Assembly: GCA_018394315.1 (NCBI GenBank)
Contig: CP074575.1
Span: forward strand, 62,001 to 126,000
Length of the DNA: 64,000 bases
Source of the DNA: Mycoplasmatota bacterium
GTDB lineage: Bacteria; Bacillota_I; Bacilli_A; MAG-NZ
Direction: 5' to 3'
Positions 40,723 to 51,199 of this stretch are shown here, piece after piece. Below the pieces are notes generated by a model, which was not told where the DNA came from, ran no database searches, and saw nothing but the letters and a program-made list of their open reading frames with translations. Every line of letters starts with the position of its first letter. The first letter of the stretch is position 1. The position numbers and the translations under genes were made by a program.

Positions 40723-42543
40723 TTATTTATTCTTTTTTGATAAATACTCATCAATACCAATTGCTGCATTGTGACCATTGGCTACACCGCTGATAACATC
40801 TGGACCTTTAACAATATCTCCACCAGCGAATAGCCAGTCGATACCTTTAACTTGTCCGTTTTCTTTAACTTCAATTTTACCACGGTTGATATTCATTTTA
40901 TTTTGGTTTTCATCTGATAAGTATGAATAATCAGGTGATTGACCAATTGCCATGAATACTTGAGTAGCTTCTAGTAACTGTTCTGAATTTTCTTCAAATG
41001 AAGGATTGAAGTTACCTTCAGTATCAAAGATTGAGATAACTTTCTTAACCTTTAATCCTTTGATTTTGTTATTCTTAATTACTATTTCTTGAGGTCCCAT
41101 TCCGAAGTGATATTTAACTCCTTCTTCTCTACCTTCAACTACTTCTTCTAAATCAGCAGGTAACGCATCTTCAGATTCTAAAGCTGCCATCATTACATTT
41201 GATTTACCGAACTTTTCGTTTTGATATCTTACTACAGTTCTTGCAACGTCAAACGCAACGTTTCCTCCACCGATAATTACTACGTTTTCATGAACATCTA
41301 GTTCTTTAACAGTTCCTCTACCATAGTCTCTACCTAGTGGTAAGAAGTCCATAGCTGCTATACAGTCTTTATGATCATGACCTGGCATTGGGATTTTTCT
41401 ACCAGCGAAGAATCCTGAACCAGTGAATACTGCATCGTAATTCTTATTAAAATCAGCTAACATTGTATCAGTAACTTTAGTGTTTAGATTAATCTTAACA
41501 CCAATTTTTTCTATGAATGAAATATCTTGATCAATTGCTTCATCTGGTAAACGGTATTTAGGAATACCATATCTCATTACACCACCAGCTAGTGGCATTT
41601 GTTCAAATATTTCTACATTGTAACCAATTGTTCTTAAGTAGTAAGCTGCTGCTAATCCAGAAGGTCCCGCACCGATTATTGCCACTTTACCATTAACCTC
41701 TTTACTAACTTGTTCTAGGATAACACTATCATAAATATCCTTAGGAGCATTATCAACTATATAACGTTTTAACCAACGAATCGCTACTGCATCTCCTCTT
41801 TGTGTTAATGCACAAGCAGTTTCACAGTTATGTGTACAAATTCTACCACAAACAGCTGGTAATGGATTTGTTTTATAAATCTCTGTTAAAGCTTCTTCAA
41901 AGTTATTTTCCCAAATAGCTGTGATATATTCAGGAATATTCATATGAGCTGGACATGCGTTAGTACAAATACCACACTCAACACATCTAGAAGCTTCATG
42001 AATAGCTTGTTCTTTTGAATAACCTTTTATGATTTCTAAGAAAGATCCTTTTCTTTCATCAGGAGAAAGATGTTCCATTGATACTCTTTCCAGATCTAAT
42101 AAATCAGAAGATTCATCTTTCTCATATCCGAGTTTTACTTCTTTACCATTGAATGTATCAGTTGGCATAAAGTAGAAACTATCTGGATCTGGATCATTAT
42201 ATAAATATTCTTTACTCATCTTAAGTGAAGAAGTTGTACAAACATCTACACATAAAGCACAGAAACAACATCTACCGTAATCAATTGTTGGACGTAATTG
42301 TAAGCTTCCATCTTTGTCTTCTAGTTCACTTCTTTCAACCATTGTGATTGCTTCAGTTGGACAAATTTCACCACAAGTACTACATCCAATACATTCTTCC
42401 CAGTCATTTACATGGAAACCACGGTAATTATCTGCTACTTCTCTTGGATTATCAAATATATCTTTAAAGTCTTTAGTTATTGGTTTTTTAAGTAAATATT
42501 TTAAATGTCTTAATGGTTTAAATACACTATATACTTTTTTCAT
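40723..42543 (-). CDS. 2[4Fe-4S] ferredoxin (MbxN/NuoI-like) fused to GltD/SudA-type FAD NAD(P)H oxidoreductase
   Basis: CIGCSTCGEICP, CCFCALCVDVC, CVECGICTNACP, CGRIC, GAGPSG, GGGNVAFD, GGD. Confidence 0.88.
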   Translation of the reverse strand: MKKVYSVFKPLRHLKYLLKKPITKDFKDIFDNPREVADNYRGFHVNDWEECIGCSTCGEICPTEAITMVERSELEDKDGSLQLRPTIDYGRCCFCALCVDVCTTSSLKMSKEYLYNDPDPDSFYFMPTDTFNGKEVKLGYEKDESSDLLDLERVSMEHLSPDERKGSFLEIIKGYSKEQAIHEASRCVECGICTNACPAHMNIPEYITAIWENNFEEALTEIYKTNPLPAVCGRICTHNCETACALTQRGDAVAIRWLKRYIVDNAPKDIYDSVILEQVSKEVNGKVAIIGAGPSGLAAAYYLRTIGYNVEIFEQMPLAGGVMRYGIPKYRLPDEAIDQDISFIEKIGVKINLNTKVTDTMLADFNKNYDAVFTGSGFFAGRKIPMPGHDHKDCIAAMDFLPLGRDYGRGTVKELDVHENVVIIGGGNVAFDVARTVVRYQNEKFGKSNVMMAALESEDALPADLEEVVEGREEGVKYHFGMGPQEIVIKNNKIKGLKVKKVISIFDTEGNFNPSFEENSEQLLEATQVFMAIGQSPDYSYLSDENQNKMNINRGKIEVKENGQVKGIDWLFAGGDIVKGPDVISGVANGHNAAIGIDEYLSKKNK

Positions 42544-42549
42544 ATTAAC

Positions 42550-43653
42550 CTACCTATCTATTTCCGGTGAACACACACCCATAGTATCAAACCATAGGGC
42601 TGCATCATCTAATCTAGTACCTGGTAAGTATTTTTCAACACCAAGTAATCCTTGTGGGAATGAAGCCCCACGAACCGCTACACGGTAAGGTTTTGTTCCA
42701 CCATCAGACACGATATAATAACCAAATTCTCCTCTTGAAGACTCTACTGCTGCATAAACTTGACCCTTAGGTACTCTAAACTTAAGAGCATTCCCGTCCA
42801 TTTTAGCTCTAACAGGACCCTCAGGCATTTTAGCTAGACATTGTTTGATAATTCCAATACATTGAACTACTTCTTGTAATTTCAAATCAACTCTACACTC
42901 TGCATCTGAATAATCAGCCATAGGCACTTCAAAGTCGATTTGATCATATCTAGCGTAAGGTAATACTTTACGTAAATCATAAGGTTTGTTTGTAGCACTT
43001 CTCATCCCAACACCAGTTACACCTAATTCCCAAACTACTTCACTTGGTAGTAAGATGTGATCAACTAAACGTTTTCTAATAGTAGGATTTTCAATACCTA
43101 AATCTCTGATTTCTAAATATCTACTTGCTAGATCATCTAAGAATTCATTAATTTCATCTTCAATACCAACTGGTAAATCTTTTCTAACTCCACCTGGTAC
43201 GATATATTGATGATAAATTCTATGTCCAGTAATCTTTTCAAAGATTTCTAAAATTCTATTTCTATCAGCTTGAGCATGATACATTAATGTGTAATGTCCT
43301 GTAGGTCCACCAATACCACCATAAGCCATTAAGTGAATAGAAATTCTAGCTAGCTCTAAAATAATCATACGAATGTAATGAGCTCTTTCAGGAACTTCAA
43401 TTCCTGCTAAAGTCTCTACACCCATCGCAAATACCATTTCATTGATATCTGGTTCAACAACACAGATTCTAGGAATTAAAGCTATATTATTAATCCAAGT
43501 ACGTTGTTCCATACCTTTTTCAAATCCACGGTGTAACATACCTGGTAATAAGTATGACTTTTTAATAATATCTCCTTCTACATACATATGTACAGAAGTA
43601 TTACCATGCATACCAGGATGCTGAGGGCCTAAGAATAATTTAATTTCTCTCAT
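42550..43653 (-). CDS. NuoD/MbxL-like large subunit without NiFe ligands
   Basis: GPQHP..HG, HRGFEK, RICVVE, ESSRGE, C-terminal CSPEIDR. Confidence 0.9.
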   Translation of the reverse strand: MREIKLFLGPQHPGMHGNTSVHMYVEGDIIKKSYLLPGMLHRGFEKGMEQRTWINNIALIPRICVVEPDINEMVFAMGVETLAGIEVPERAHYIRMIILELARISIHLMAYGGIGGPTGHYTLMYHAQADRNRILEIFEKITGHRIYHQYIVPGGVRKDLPVGIEDEINEFLDDLASRYLEIRDLGIENPTIRKRLVDHILLPSEVVWELGVTGVGMRSATNKPYDLRKVLPYARYDQIDFEVPMADYSDAECRVDLKLQEVVQCIGIIKQCLAKMPEGPVRAKMDGNALKFRVPKGQVYAAVESSRGEFGYYIVSDGGTKPYRVAVRGASFPQGLLGVEKYLPGTRLDDAALWFDTMGVCSPEIDR

Positions 43654-44174
43654 TATTTTTTCCCTCCTTTATTACTAAAATCTTTAGTATATTCACGTTT
43701 TGCATACTTTCTATCTGAATATGCTTTAGCATCAAAGTCTTTTCTTAATGGAGGTAAGTCATCCCAGTTTTCTAAGAATAATTGTTTCTCTGAATCAGGA
43801 TTACCTTCAAACTTAACACCAAAGAATTCATGTACATCTCTTTCATAGTATTTAGCACCAGGATAAACAGAAGTAACAGTTCTAAACACAGGGTTTTCTC
43901 TTTCAATTTTAGTTCTAACCTGTATATAGATTGGGTTATCCCAATTAAAGATAATATAGACTAATTGATACTTCCCTTCTTCTATCCAGTCAACATTTGT
44001 TAACATACTTAATTGCTTCCAACCAAGAGATTTTAAATAAGCTAATACAGTATGTACATCATTATTACTAATATCAATTGCAACTTGAGATTCACTTACT
44101 AAATCCACATTTAGTAAACTAAATCTATTTTCTAATTCACTAACAAGAGCTTGATTATTCATGGAATTCATCAT
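43653..44174 (-). CDS. NuoC/MbxK-like subunit
   Basis: YERDVHEFFGV.F.G, PPLRKDF. Confidence 0.88.
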   Translation of the reverse strand: MMNSMNNQALVSELENRFSLLNVDLVSESQVAIDISNNDVHTVLAYLKSLGWKQLSMLTNVDWIEEGKYQLVYIIFNWDNPIYIQVRTKIERENPVFRTVTSVYPGAKYYERDVHEFFGVKFEGNPDSEKQLFLENWDDLPPLRKDFDAKAYSDRKYAKREYTKDFSNKGGKK

Positions 44175-44715
44175 GAACAAACACCTCCCCTAAAGCATCC
44201 ATTTGATTCTTTTTATACCATTCGTTGTTATCTCTATAATTTTTCCAACCAACAGCAGTTTTGTTCTTAATTAAATCCATCAAATCAGTAAAACCATTCA
44301 TTACTGATTCTGGATTTGGCATACATCCTGAGATATAAACATCTATCGGTAAATAATGGTCTAATCTGTTTAATACAGCATGTGAATCATGGTAAATACC
44401 TCCATTAATTACACATGGACCAAATGCCACGACATATTTTGGTTCACTCATTTGTTCATAAGTATAAACTAAGCGTCTTAATGTTTTCAGTGATAAATAT
44501 CCTGTGATTAACAGAACATCTGCCTGTCTCGGTGTAGCCATCGGACCCATACCTAGACGTTCCATATCATACGCACTTGTCATCGCTTGAGGCAACTCAA
44601 TCGCACAACAACCAGTACAATACATTAACATCCAAATTGATTTACGACGGAAAAAATCACCAAGCTCAGTCCACTTTGTATCCATTTGAGCTTGTGTTAG
44701 TTTTTTATTTTCCAT
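44155..44715 (-). CDS. NuoB/MbxJ-like Fe-S subunit
   Basis: CCAIE, PRQAD, EPKYVVAFGPC, GCMP. Confidence 0.9.
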   Translation of the reverse strand: MENKKLTQAQMDTKWTELGDFFRRKSIWMLMYCTGCCAIELPQAMTSAYDMERLGMGPMATPRQADVLLITGYLSLKTLRRLVYTYEQMSEPKYVVAFGPCVINGGIYHDSHAVLNRLDHYLPIDVYISGCMPNPESVMNGFTDLMDLIKNKTAVGWKNYRDNNEWYKKNQMDALGEVFVHDEFHE

Positions 44716-44717
44716 AG

Positions 44718-45614
44718 TTACCTCCATAATACCCATATAGCTTGTAACACTGCTAATGCTAATGGCCATTTGTAGAAGAAAACAACCACTTGATCGATTT
44801 TAAATCTACCGTTTAAATTCGATATTAAATTAGCAACTGTATAAACTATAAAGTATTTTGCTAAAAACTCTATTATGTTACTTGCTCCACCTAAGAATAA
44901 GTGAACAAATAATGATACTTCTATAAATGTTGCGATTTCATGCATAACAAATAGTAATCCTAATTGTTTTCCACCATATTCAACCATTGGTCCTGAAGCG
45001 ATCTCAGAAGGCGCAATGTAAGTTTCAAATGGTTTCTTACCCAACATACCAAGTAATGAAAGGAATGCAACACCAAATCCAATTGGTAAGCTTAAAGCAA
45101 ACCAACCATTAGCTTGCTGGAATTCCATAATTCCAGTAAGACTGCTTGTACCACTTACTTTAATAATTGTTATAACAACAACCATAAACGGTACTTCATA
45201 AGCTAACATTTGCGTTAAGGCACGCATAACCCCAATGCTTGCTAGTGGATTTCCAGAACCACTCGCACTCATTGCCATTCCTAACATCCCTACTGCTAAT
45301 AAATAAACAAAGATGAAGAAATTATCGTAACCAGCAAATGCAACTAAACTATCTGTAATTGGCATAAACATTGCAGTTGCAGTAATTCCACCAACCGCCA
45401 TAATTACACCAAAATCATAAATCCAACCATGAGAGATCGCTCTCTTGCTTAATGCTTTAAATATATCTAAAAATTCCTGATACCATTTAGGCCCATAACG
45501 TTTTTGCATTCTACCAACAACTTTACGGTTGATTCCACCAATAGTTGTTTGTAGAGTAAATCCAAATAACGCTACACCTAAACCGATTAACATGCTCATT
45601 AATATTACGCTCAT
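44718..45614 (-). CDS. NuoH/MbxM-like membrane subunit
   Basis: RMQKRYGP, LAYE, PF...SEIASG.MVEY, RFKIDQ. Confidence 0.88.
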   Translation of the reverse strand: MSVILMSMLIGLGVALFGFTLQTTIGGINRKVVGRMQKRYGPKWYQEFLDIFKALSKRAISHGWIYDFGVIMAVGGITATAMFMPITDSLVAFAGYDNFFIFVYLLAVGMLGMAMSASGSGNPLASIGVMRALTQMLAYEVPFMVVVITIIKVSGTSSLTGIMEFQQANGWFALSLPIGFGVAFLSLLGMLGKKPFETYIAPSEIASGPMVEYGGKQLGLLFVMHEIATFIEVSLFVHLFLGGASNIIEFLAKYFIVYTVANLISNLNGRFKIDQVVVFFYKWPLALAVLQAIWVLWR

Positions 45615-47431
45615 AAGATATCACCCCACACTAATAGAGTAAGTATTAACACTATCCAAAGTACTGTAACTTCTGGTTTATTAGTAAAGAACCAGTACTT
45701 AAAGAATCTACCAAGTTCATTTACTTTCTCTTTAATCATTGCATATACCTTTGAGATTAAAGGTTTTGCAGGATACAGTCTTTCAAATGGTGCATAGAAA
45801 TCAGCACTATAATGTAATAATTCTTCAGTATAAATAAATTCACCTGAAGTATAAGTATCCATTAAACCAACTTTTCTTGATTTAGGTAATATGAAGAATA
45901 TAATAGCTATAACTACTACTCCTAAACCAAATACTGAAGCAATTATTGGTGCACTTAGAGTACCGTTTGCACCTTGAATACCAAACTCATTCATAAGTAA
46001 TGGACCAAACCCAAATTCAGCAATAACTTTATTAGAAAAGTCAATTACCTGATTCGGTATTACACCAATATAGAAACTCCCTAAAGTTAAGATTATAAGT
46101 GGAATCATCATTAAGAATGGAGCTTCCTTAACACCTTTATACTTAGGTAACTTTTGCCCTAAGAATAACGCAGCAAGTGGTCTAAATACATATAAGAATG
46201 AACCAATACTACCAAAGAATGTCGCAACAGCTACAATAATCATTTGTTTATTAATAACTGCTTGGAATATTAACCATTTAGAGATAAATCCACCCATTGG
46301 AGGAATCCCCGCCATAGAGATAATCGCCATTAAATAAACCATATAAGTTAATGGCATATGATGAATCATACCACCTAACTCACTAATCTTAGTCGTCTTA
46401 GTACGGTAATGTACTACCGCAATCGCTAAGAAAGCTGCTGTTGAAGCTAAAGCATGAGCTAAAATATGGTACATTGCACCTGTTAAAGAAATGCTTGAAC
46501 TCATCGCAATCGCTACTAAAATATAACCACCGTTTGATGCACTTGAATAAGCCAATAACTTCTTAGCATCATCTTGTCTAATTGCTTGAAGTGTACCAAC
46601 AACTATTGTTATTGCTCCGAATATCGCTATTACATAATTCTGTAGGTACATTCCAACTGCTTCTAAATAAATGCTAGCCGGAGATATTCTTAAGATCGCC
46701 ATAAATGCGATAAACGCACCTAACTTCTCTATACCACCACTAAATACAGCTGATACCGGATCTGGAGATTTACCTAGTACTTTAGGTAACCAAACATAGA
46801 ATGGATAAGCTCCTAATTTAGCAAATCCAGCTACTGCTAATAATATATAAACTAATAAAGCACTTTTTCCACTTAATACTGATATTGCAGCTAAATCAAA
46901 GCTACCAGTAATAGAGAAAGTAAACATAACCGCATAAAGCATCGCAAACGATCCTACTGTACTAAATACGAAATAAGTAACTGTCGGTTTTCTTTTCTTT
47001 CCTAAAGGAATCAAGAACATTGAAGTCCATACAACAATTTCAAAGAAAATAAATAAAGTTATAAAGTTACTCGCAAAGAATACCCCTATAGTACCTGCTA
47101 ATGCCATCAAGTAAAATAAATTATATGCAGCAGGATATTTATAATCCTTAATGAAATACGGATTAAAGAATGAAACCATAAAGAAGATAAATGAAACTAT
47201 AATCGCAAAGTATAATCCAAACATACTTGTTTTAAATAATACAAATTGCGGAATTAAATTTACCTCAGCATCTAAGTTATTATTAAAACCAAAGTAAGCT
47301 AATACCGAAAATACTGCTAAGGAAGCTAATATAGTTAAATAAGAACCCAACTTAGGTAATTTAATAGAAACTATATAAGCTAATACACCTGCTAAAAGTG
47401 TAGATAAAACAACTAACTCAATACTAAACAT
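45611..47431 (-). CDS. MrpA/MrpD-type antiporter-like subunit (MbxH')
   Basis: FFE, KLGAYPF.VWLP, KKLLAYS, AGIPP..GFISKW. Confidence 0.85.
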   Translation of the reverse strand: MFSIELVVLSTLLAGVLAYIVSIKLPKLGSYLTILASLAVFSVLAYFGFNNNLDAEVNLIPQFVLFKTSMFGLYFAIIVSFIFFMVSFFNPYFIKDYKYPAAYNLFYLMALAGTIGVFFASNFITLFIFFEIVVWTSMFLIPLGKKRKPTVTYFVFSTVGSFAMLYAVMFTFSITGSFDLAAISVLSGKSALLVYILLAVAGFAKLGAYPFYVWLPKVLGKSPDPVSAVFSGGIEKLGAFIAFMAILRISPASIYLEAVGMYLQNYVIAIFGAITIVVGTLQAIRQDDAKKLLAYSSASNGGYILVAIAMSSSISLTGAMYHILAHALASTAAFLAIAVVHYRTKTTKISELGGMIHHMPLTYMVYLMAIISMAGIPPMGGFISKWLIFQAVINKQMIIVAVATFFGSIGSFLYVFRPLAALFLGQKLPKYKGVKEAPFLMMIPLIILTLGSFYIGVIPNQVIDFSNKVIAEFGFGPLLMNEFGIQGANGTLSAPIIASVFGLGVVVIAIIFFILPKSRKVGLMDTYTSGEFIYTEELLHYSADFYAPFERLYPAKPLISKVYAMIKEKVNELGRFFKYWFFTNKPEVTVLWIVLILTLLVWGDIL

Positions 47432-48816
47432 TAGAAGTTCCCCCTTTCAGCTATTGCTTCCATCATTTCTTCTGGAACAGTCATAAGCGAATCCGTAAGA
47501 GGTTTTGTGTAAACACCAAAAACAATTAATCCTAAAGCAAAAATAAGAGTTACCACTTTTACTAATGCATCTACTTTAAATGTTTTTACTTCTCCTACTG
47601 AATACCATAACTTAATTAATAATTTAACAAAGTAAGTTCCTTCAATTAAACTAACAACCAAAATCAAAGCTGACAAGAATAATTGATATTGACTGAACAA
47701 TGATGTTAAGATATTTAATTTAACAATAAATCCAAAGAATAATGGTAAACCAATAACACTTAAAGATGCTACTGTGAATGCAAAACCGACTAATTTGTTT
47801 TTAGAGAATACACCTTGTAAACTCTCAATTTCATCAGTTTTAGTTCCATCAACCATTTTTCCTGTAATAGTAAATAAGATATACTTACTAACAATATTAG
47901 CTATGATAAGCATAATAGCTGGAATAACTAAACCATTAGCAAACAGCAATATAATTAAACCTGATTGAGCAATAGCTGAGAATAATAATACTTCTCTAAT
48001 TCTCTTACTCGCAAACGCTGCAACTTCTCCAGCTAACATAGTTACTGCTAAAATAACTAAAACAATGTTACTAATACTTCCTAACACGAATACTGTAGAT
48101 AATAATCTACCAAACGTAAGCGCTATAGTAGTCGCAAATACACCTGCTATTAATACACTTGTTAAAGCATTAGCATTTTGTAATACGCCTTTAACCCAAG
48201 AGTTAAATGGTAATAATTTTGCTTCAACACCTAAACCAATGAACATCAACATAAATGGTAATGCTAAATTAGATAAAGGAATTGCTTTATCAACAATTGT
48301 TGGAAGAATTAAAGCCATATTTAATGTACCAGTCATGCTGTAAAGTAAGATTAAACCTAATAAGTATAATCCACTTCCTACAGTACCTTGAACTAAGTAA
48401 TTAAACGTTGCTAGTGGTCTCTTATTACCCGAAGTAATTAAGTAAGCACTAATCCCAACGATTTCTAAAAATACAAATAAGTTAAATAAATCATTAGTAA
48501 GTAGTAGTCCATTTACACCCGCTAAGGCTACTAGTAATACAGTAGATAATCTTTTTACTTCTTTACAGTTTGTAACTACTGTTAAAAAGAAAACAACATT
48601 AACAACCATTAAACCAATTAATGAATATTGATCAACTAATAAATTAATACCATACTGACTAAACCCACCAATACTATAAAGCCCTTTAGAAATAGTAAAC
48701 ACTAAATAAACATCAAGTAATAAAGCTACTAGTAATAAGGGTCTTGCAAACTTTTTATTCATAATAGAAAGGAATGCAAATAATAACGGGATTGCGATTA
48801 ATAATACTGGATTCAT
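47431..48816 (-). CDS. MrpD-type antiporter-like subunit (MbxH)
   Basis: DLFNLFVFLE, EAKLLPF..W, GLPLF.GF..K. Confidence 0.85.
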   Translation of the reverse strand: MNPVLLIAIPLLFAFLSIMNKKFARPLLLVALLLDVYLVFTISKGLYSIGGFSQYGINLLVDQYSLIGLMVVNVVFFLTVVTNCKEVKRLSTVLLVALAGVNGLLLTNDLFNLFVFLEIVGISAYLITSGNKRPLATFNYLVQGTVGSGLYLLGLILLYSMTGTLNMALILPTIVDKAIPLSNLALPFMLMFIGLGVEAKLLPFNSWVKGVLQNANALTSVLIAGVFATTIALTFGRLLSTVFVLGSISNIVLVILAVTMLAGEVAAFASKRIREVLLFSAIAQSGLIILLFANGLVIPAIMLIIANIVSKYILFTITGKMVDGTKTDEIESLQGVFSKNKLVGFAFTVASLSVIGLPLFFGFIVKLNILTSLFSQYQLFLSALILVVSLIEGTYFVKLLIKLWYSVGEVKTFKVDALVKVVTLIFALGLIVFGVYTKPLTDSLMTVPEEMMEAIAERGNF

Positions 48817-48817
48817 C

Positions 48818-49150
48818 TTATTCAACCCCCATTTCATCTATCTCGTAAGTTCCGTATTTAGCATAAATCTTTTTCGCAAAAGCTAAACCTAATGCAGTTG
48901 TCCCAACACCAATTACGATTGAAGTTAACACTAAAGCATGTGGTAAAGGATCAACGAAACTTAAAACCGATGTACTATTACCTGTTAAGATAGGAGCTAG
49001 TCCACCATCTACATAACCTACTGAAATAATAAATAAATTTAATCCGATCTCAAACACATTCAAAGAGATAATAATTTTTATAACGTTTCTATTAGTTAGT
49101 AATCCATAAAGACCTAACATAATTAAAATAATACTCGCATATTGAATCAT
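48818..49150 (-). CDS. MrpC/MnhC-like subunit
   Basis: DPLPHALVLTSIVIG. Confidence 0.9.
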   Translation of the reverse strand: MIQYASIILIMLGLYGLLTNRNVIKIIISLNVFEIGLNLFIISVGYVDGGLAPILTGNSTSVLSFVDPLPHALVLTSIVIGVGTTALGLAFAKKIYAKYGTYEIDEMGVE

Positions 49151-49890
49151 TAGCTTACCTCCTCTGTCAGGAAGTTATCAATAATACTTGCAATCTCAGA
49201 ACCAACTTTTAGTCCGATAATTACATAAACTATAGGAATAATACCTGCACTAAACAAGTCTCCTACAACTCCCGTATCTAAGAAGTTTTCTAAGAAATAA
49301 CCAGTAACATAAATACCTGCAACACCGATTAAAACATATAAACTTCCCATAAAACCTTCTAATAATTTGAAACCTTTAATCTTAGTTCTAAATGAATCAT
49401 TAGATAAATAAAGAAGTAAGATGCTTGAAGCAATCATTGTTCCACCCGGGAAACCTCCACCTGGTGTTAAATGTCCATGAACTGAGATATAAATACCAGT
49501 CATTATAATAAGTCCGAATAACGCTCTTGAACCAACTCTTAACATAAAGTTAGGTTTAAAGTTTAAACTTACTCTTTTACTGTCTTTTGAGAACAGTAAT
49601 GCTACACCGAATGCAGAAATAAATAAAACCGTAACCTCACCTAAAGTATCAAATGAACGGTAATTCGCAACTATACTAGTTACAAAGTTACTTGAACCAG
49701 TCTCATAACCATCTTCACCAAAGATAACTTCTTCATTTTCTTCCGTTACATTTTTATTAATATATCTATCAGATACTCTGTCGCTTACATCAGCTTCACC
49801 GAATTTAGGAAAACTACTATTTTGATTTAAACTATTGATTATCCCAAATCCTAAAGCTAAAACAACTAATAAAGATAATACCTTTTTCAT
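49150..49890 (-). CDS. MrpB/MnhB-like subunit (MbxE+F-type fusion)
   Basis: NYRSFDTLGE and GHLTPGGGFPGG. Confidence 0.88.
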   Translation of the reverse strand: MKKVLSLLVVLALGFGIINSLNQNSSFPKFGEADVSDRVSDRYINKNVTEENEEVIFGEDGYETGSSNFVTSIVANYRSFDTLGEVTVLFISAFGVALLFSKDSKRVSLNFKPNFMLRVGSRALFGLIIMTGIYISVHGHLTPGGGFPGGTMIASSILLLYLSNDSFRTKIKGFKLLEGFMGSLYVLIGVAGIYVTGYFLENFLDTGVVGDLFSAGIIPIVYVIIGLKVGSEIASIIDNFLTEEVS

Positions 49891-50132
49891 TATTTCACAA
49901 CCTTTCTAGATGAAAGTAATGTGAACACAAATAACGCTGTTACAAGTCCACTTCCAATTACAGCTTCAGTAACTGCTACATCTGGAGCCTTCATTACTAC
50001 AAAACCTAATACACTTAACATACTAAGTGCTGATAAATAAACTATAGATTTCGATAATGTCTTTGAGCTAACAGCTAAAAAGGCTAAAATAACTAATAAT
50101 ACTGAAATTACTATAGATAATATATTAATCAT
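49890..50132 (-). CDS. MbhD/DUF4040-like subunit
   Basis: APDVAVTEAVIG. Confidence 0.85.
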   Translation of the reverse strand: MINILSIVISVLLVILAFLAVSSKTLSKSIVYLSALSMLSVLGFVVMKAPDVAVTEAVIGSGLVTALFVFTLLSSRKVVK

Positions 50133-50445
50133 TCTTATCACCTCTATATAATTCTTTTAAGTCATCTTGAGTTAACTCAGGTAATTTATTCTTTTGATAA
50201 GCTGCTTTTGCTAATGAACTCGATCCGATTGGATTTGTTAGAGCTATTAAAATAATAATAAAGACAACCTTAAGTAACCAACTAGGCTCACTAACTCCAA
50301 CACCTAAAAGAATTGAAAATGCTCCAAGTGTAGTTGCTTTTGTTCCTGCTTGAATTCTGTTAAATGTATCTGGCATTCTAAATACACCTAATCCACCAAG
50401 CATATAAAACAAACCACCAATTACTAATAAAATATTAGCTATCAT
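50125..50445 (-). CDS. MrpG/MnhG-like subunit
   Basis: RMPD.FNRIQA.TK.TTLG, TNP. Confidence 0.88.
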   Translation of the reverse strand: MIANILLVIGGLFYMLGGLGVFRMPDTFNRIQAGTKATTLGAFSILLGVGVSEPSWLLKVVFIIILIALTNPIGSSSLAKAAYQKNKLPELTQDDLKELYRGDKND

Positions 50446-50689
50446 GTTTACCCTCCACAAATCTTGCGAATACTACTGTTTCTAAGAATGCCAAGATCGC
50501 ATAAACAATTGCGATATCCAAAAATAAACTGTTTTTTTCAATCAACGCAACAAGTGCAATAATACCAATTACGATTATATTAAGAGTATCGACTGCTACA
50601 GCTCTATCTGCTAGTGTAGGTCCCTTAATTAATCTAAGAATCGAAAATAAAACTCCTGTTCCTACTAGACCAAATACTAAATAAATCAT
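50435..50689 (-). CDS. MrpF/MnhF-like subunit
   Basis: GPTLADRAVAVD. Confidence 0.88.
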   Translation of the reverse strand: MIYLVFGLVGTGVLFSILRLIKGPTLADRAVAVDTLNIIVIGIIALVALIEKNSLFLDIAIVYAILAFLETVVFARFVEGKHDS

Positions 50690-51168
50690 TTGAACACCAC
50701 CCTTAAGACACGTTCAAATAATGAACTAATATTTTTTCTGTTCTCTTCTTCACTCTTACCTTTAACATCAATGCAATGAATATATAATTCATCATTATCA
50801 ACATCAACCGTAAGAGTACCTGGAGTCAAAGTGATTGAATTAGCTAATGTTAGCTTCCCGAATTCACCATCTAAATCAGTTTTGATTTTTACAAATCCTG
50901 AATTTAATGGAATCTTTGGGCTTAACACTCTTCTTGCTACGTCTATATTCGCTAGTATCAATTGATAAATAAATACTGGAAGATAAACAACCAAAAAGAC
51001 AACTAATTTATAAGGTAACAAATAGTCGATTTTATACTCAACGTGCTTAGTTATCAATATAGTAAGTATAACCGCTATAACTGCACCAACTGCTAATTCT
51101 GTAACTTCAAATCCTGCAAGCAAAACATAACTTGCAAAAAGTACCAAAAACGTTGCTAAGTACTTCAA
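50686..51168 (-). CDS. MrpE/MnhE-like subunit
   Basis: ANIDVA, LANSITLTPGT; TTG start with GGAGGAG SD. Confidence 0.88.
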   Translation of the reverse strand: MKYLATFLVLFASYVLLAGFEVTELAVGAVIAVILTILITKHVEYKIDYLLPYKLVVFLVVYLPVFIYQLILANIDVARRVLSPKIPLNSGFVKIKTDLDGEFGKLTLANSITLTPGTLTVDVDNDELYIHCIDVKGKSEEENRKNISSLFERVLRVVFK

Positions 51169-51199
51169 AGCAACTCCTCCCCTCTATGATTAATTGATT

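Noticed and set aside
40331..40778. ORFs 40331-40516 and 40569-40778 as real genes
   Set aside because: They run through terminators and the att-like repeat, and have no convincing SD
42550..43653. NiFe hydrogenase large subunit
   Set aside because: Both CxxC Ni-binding motifs are reduced to single cysteines
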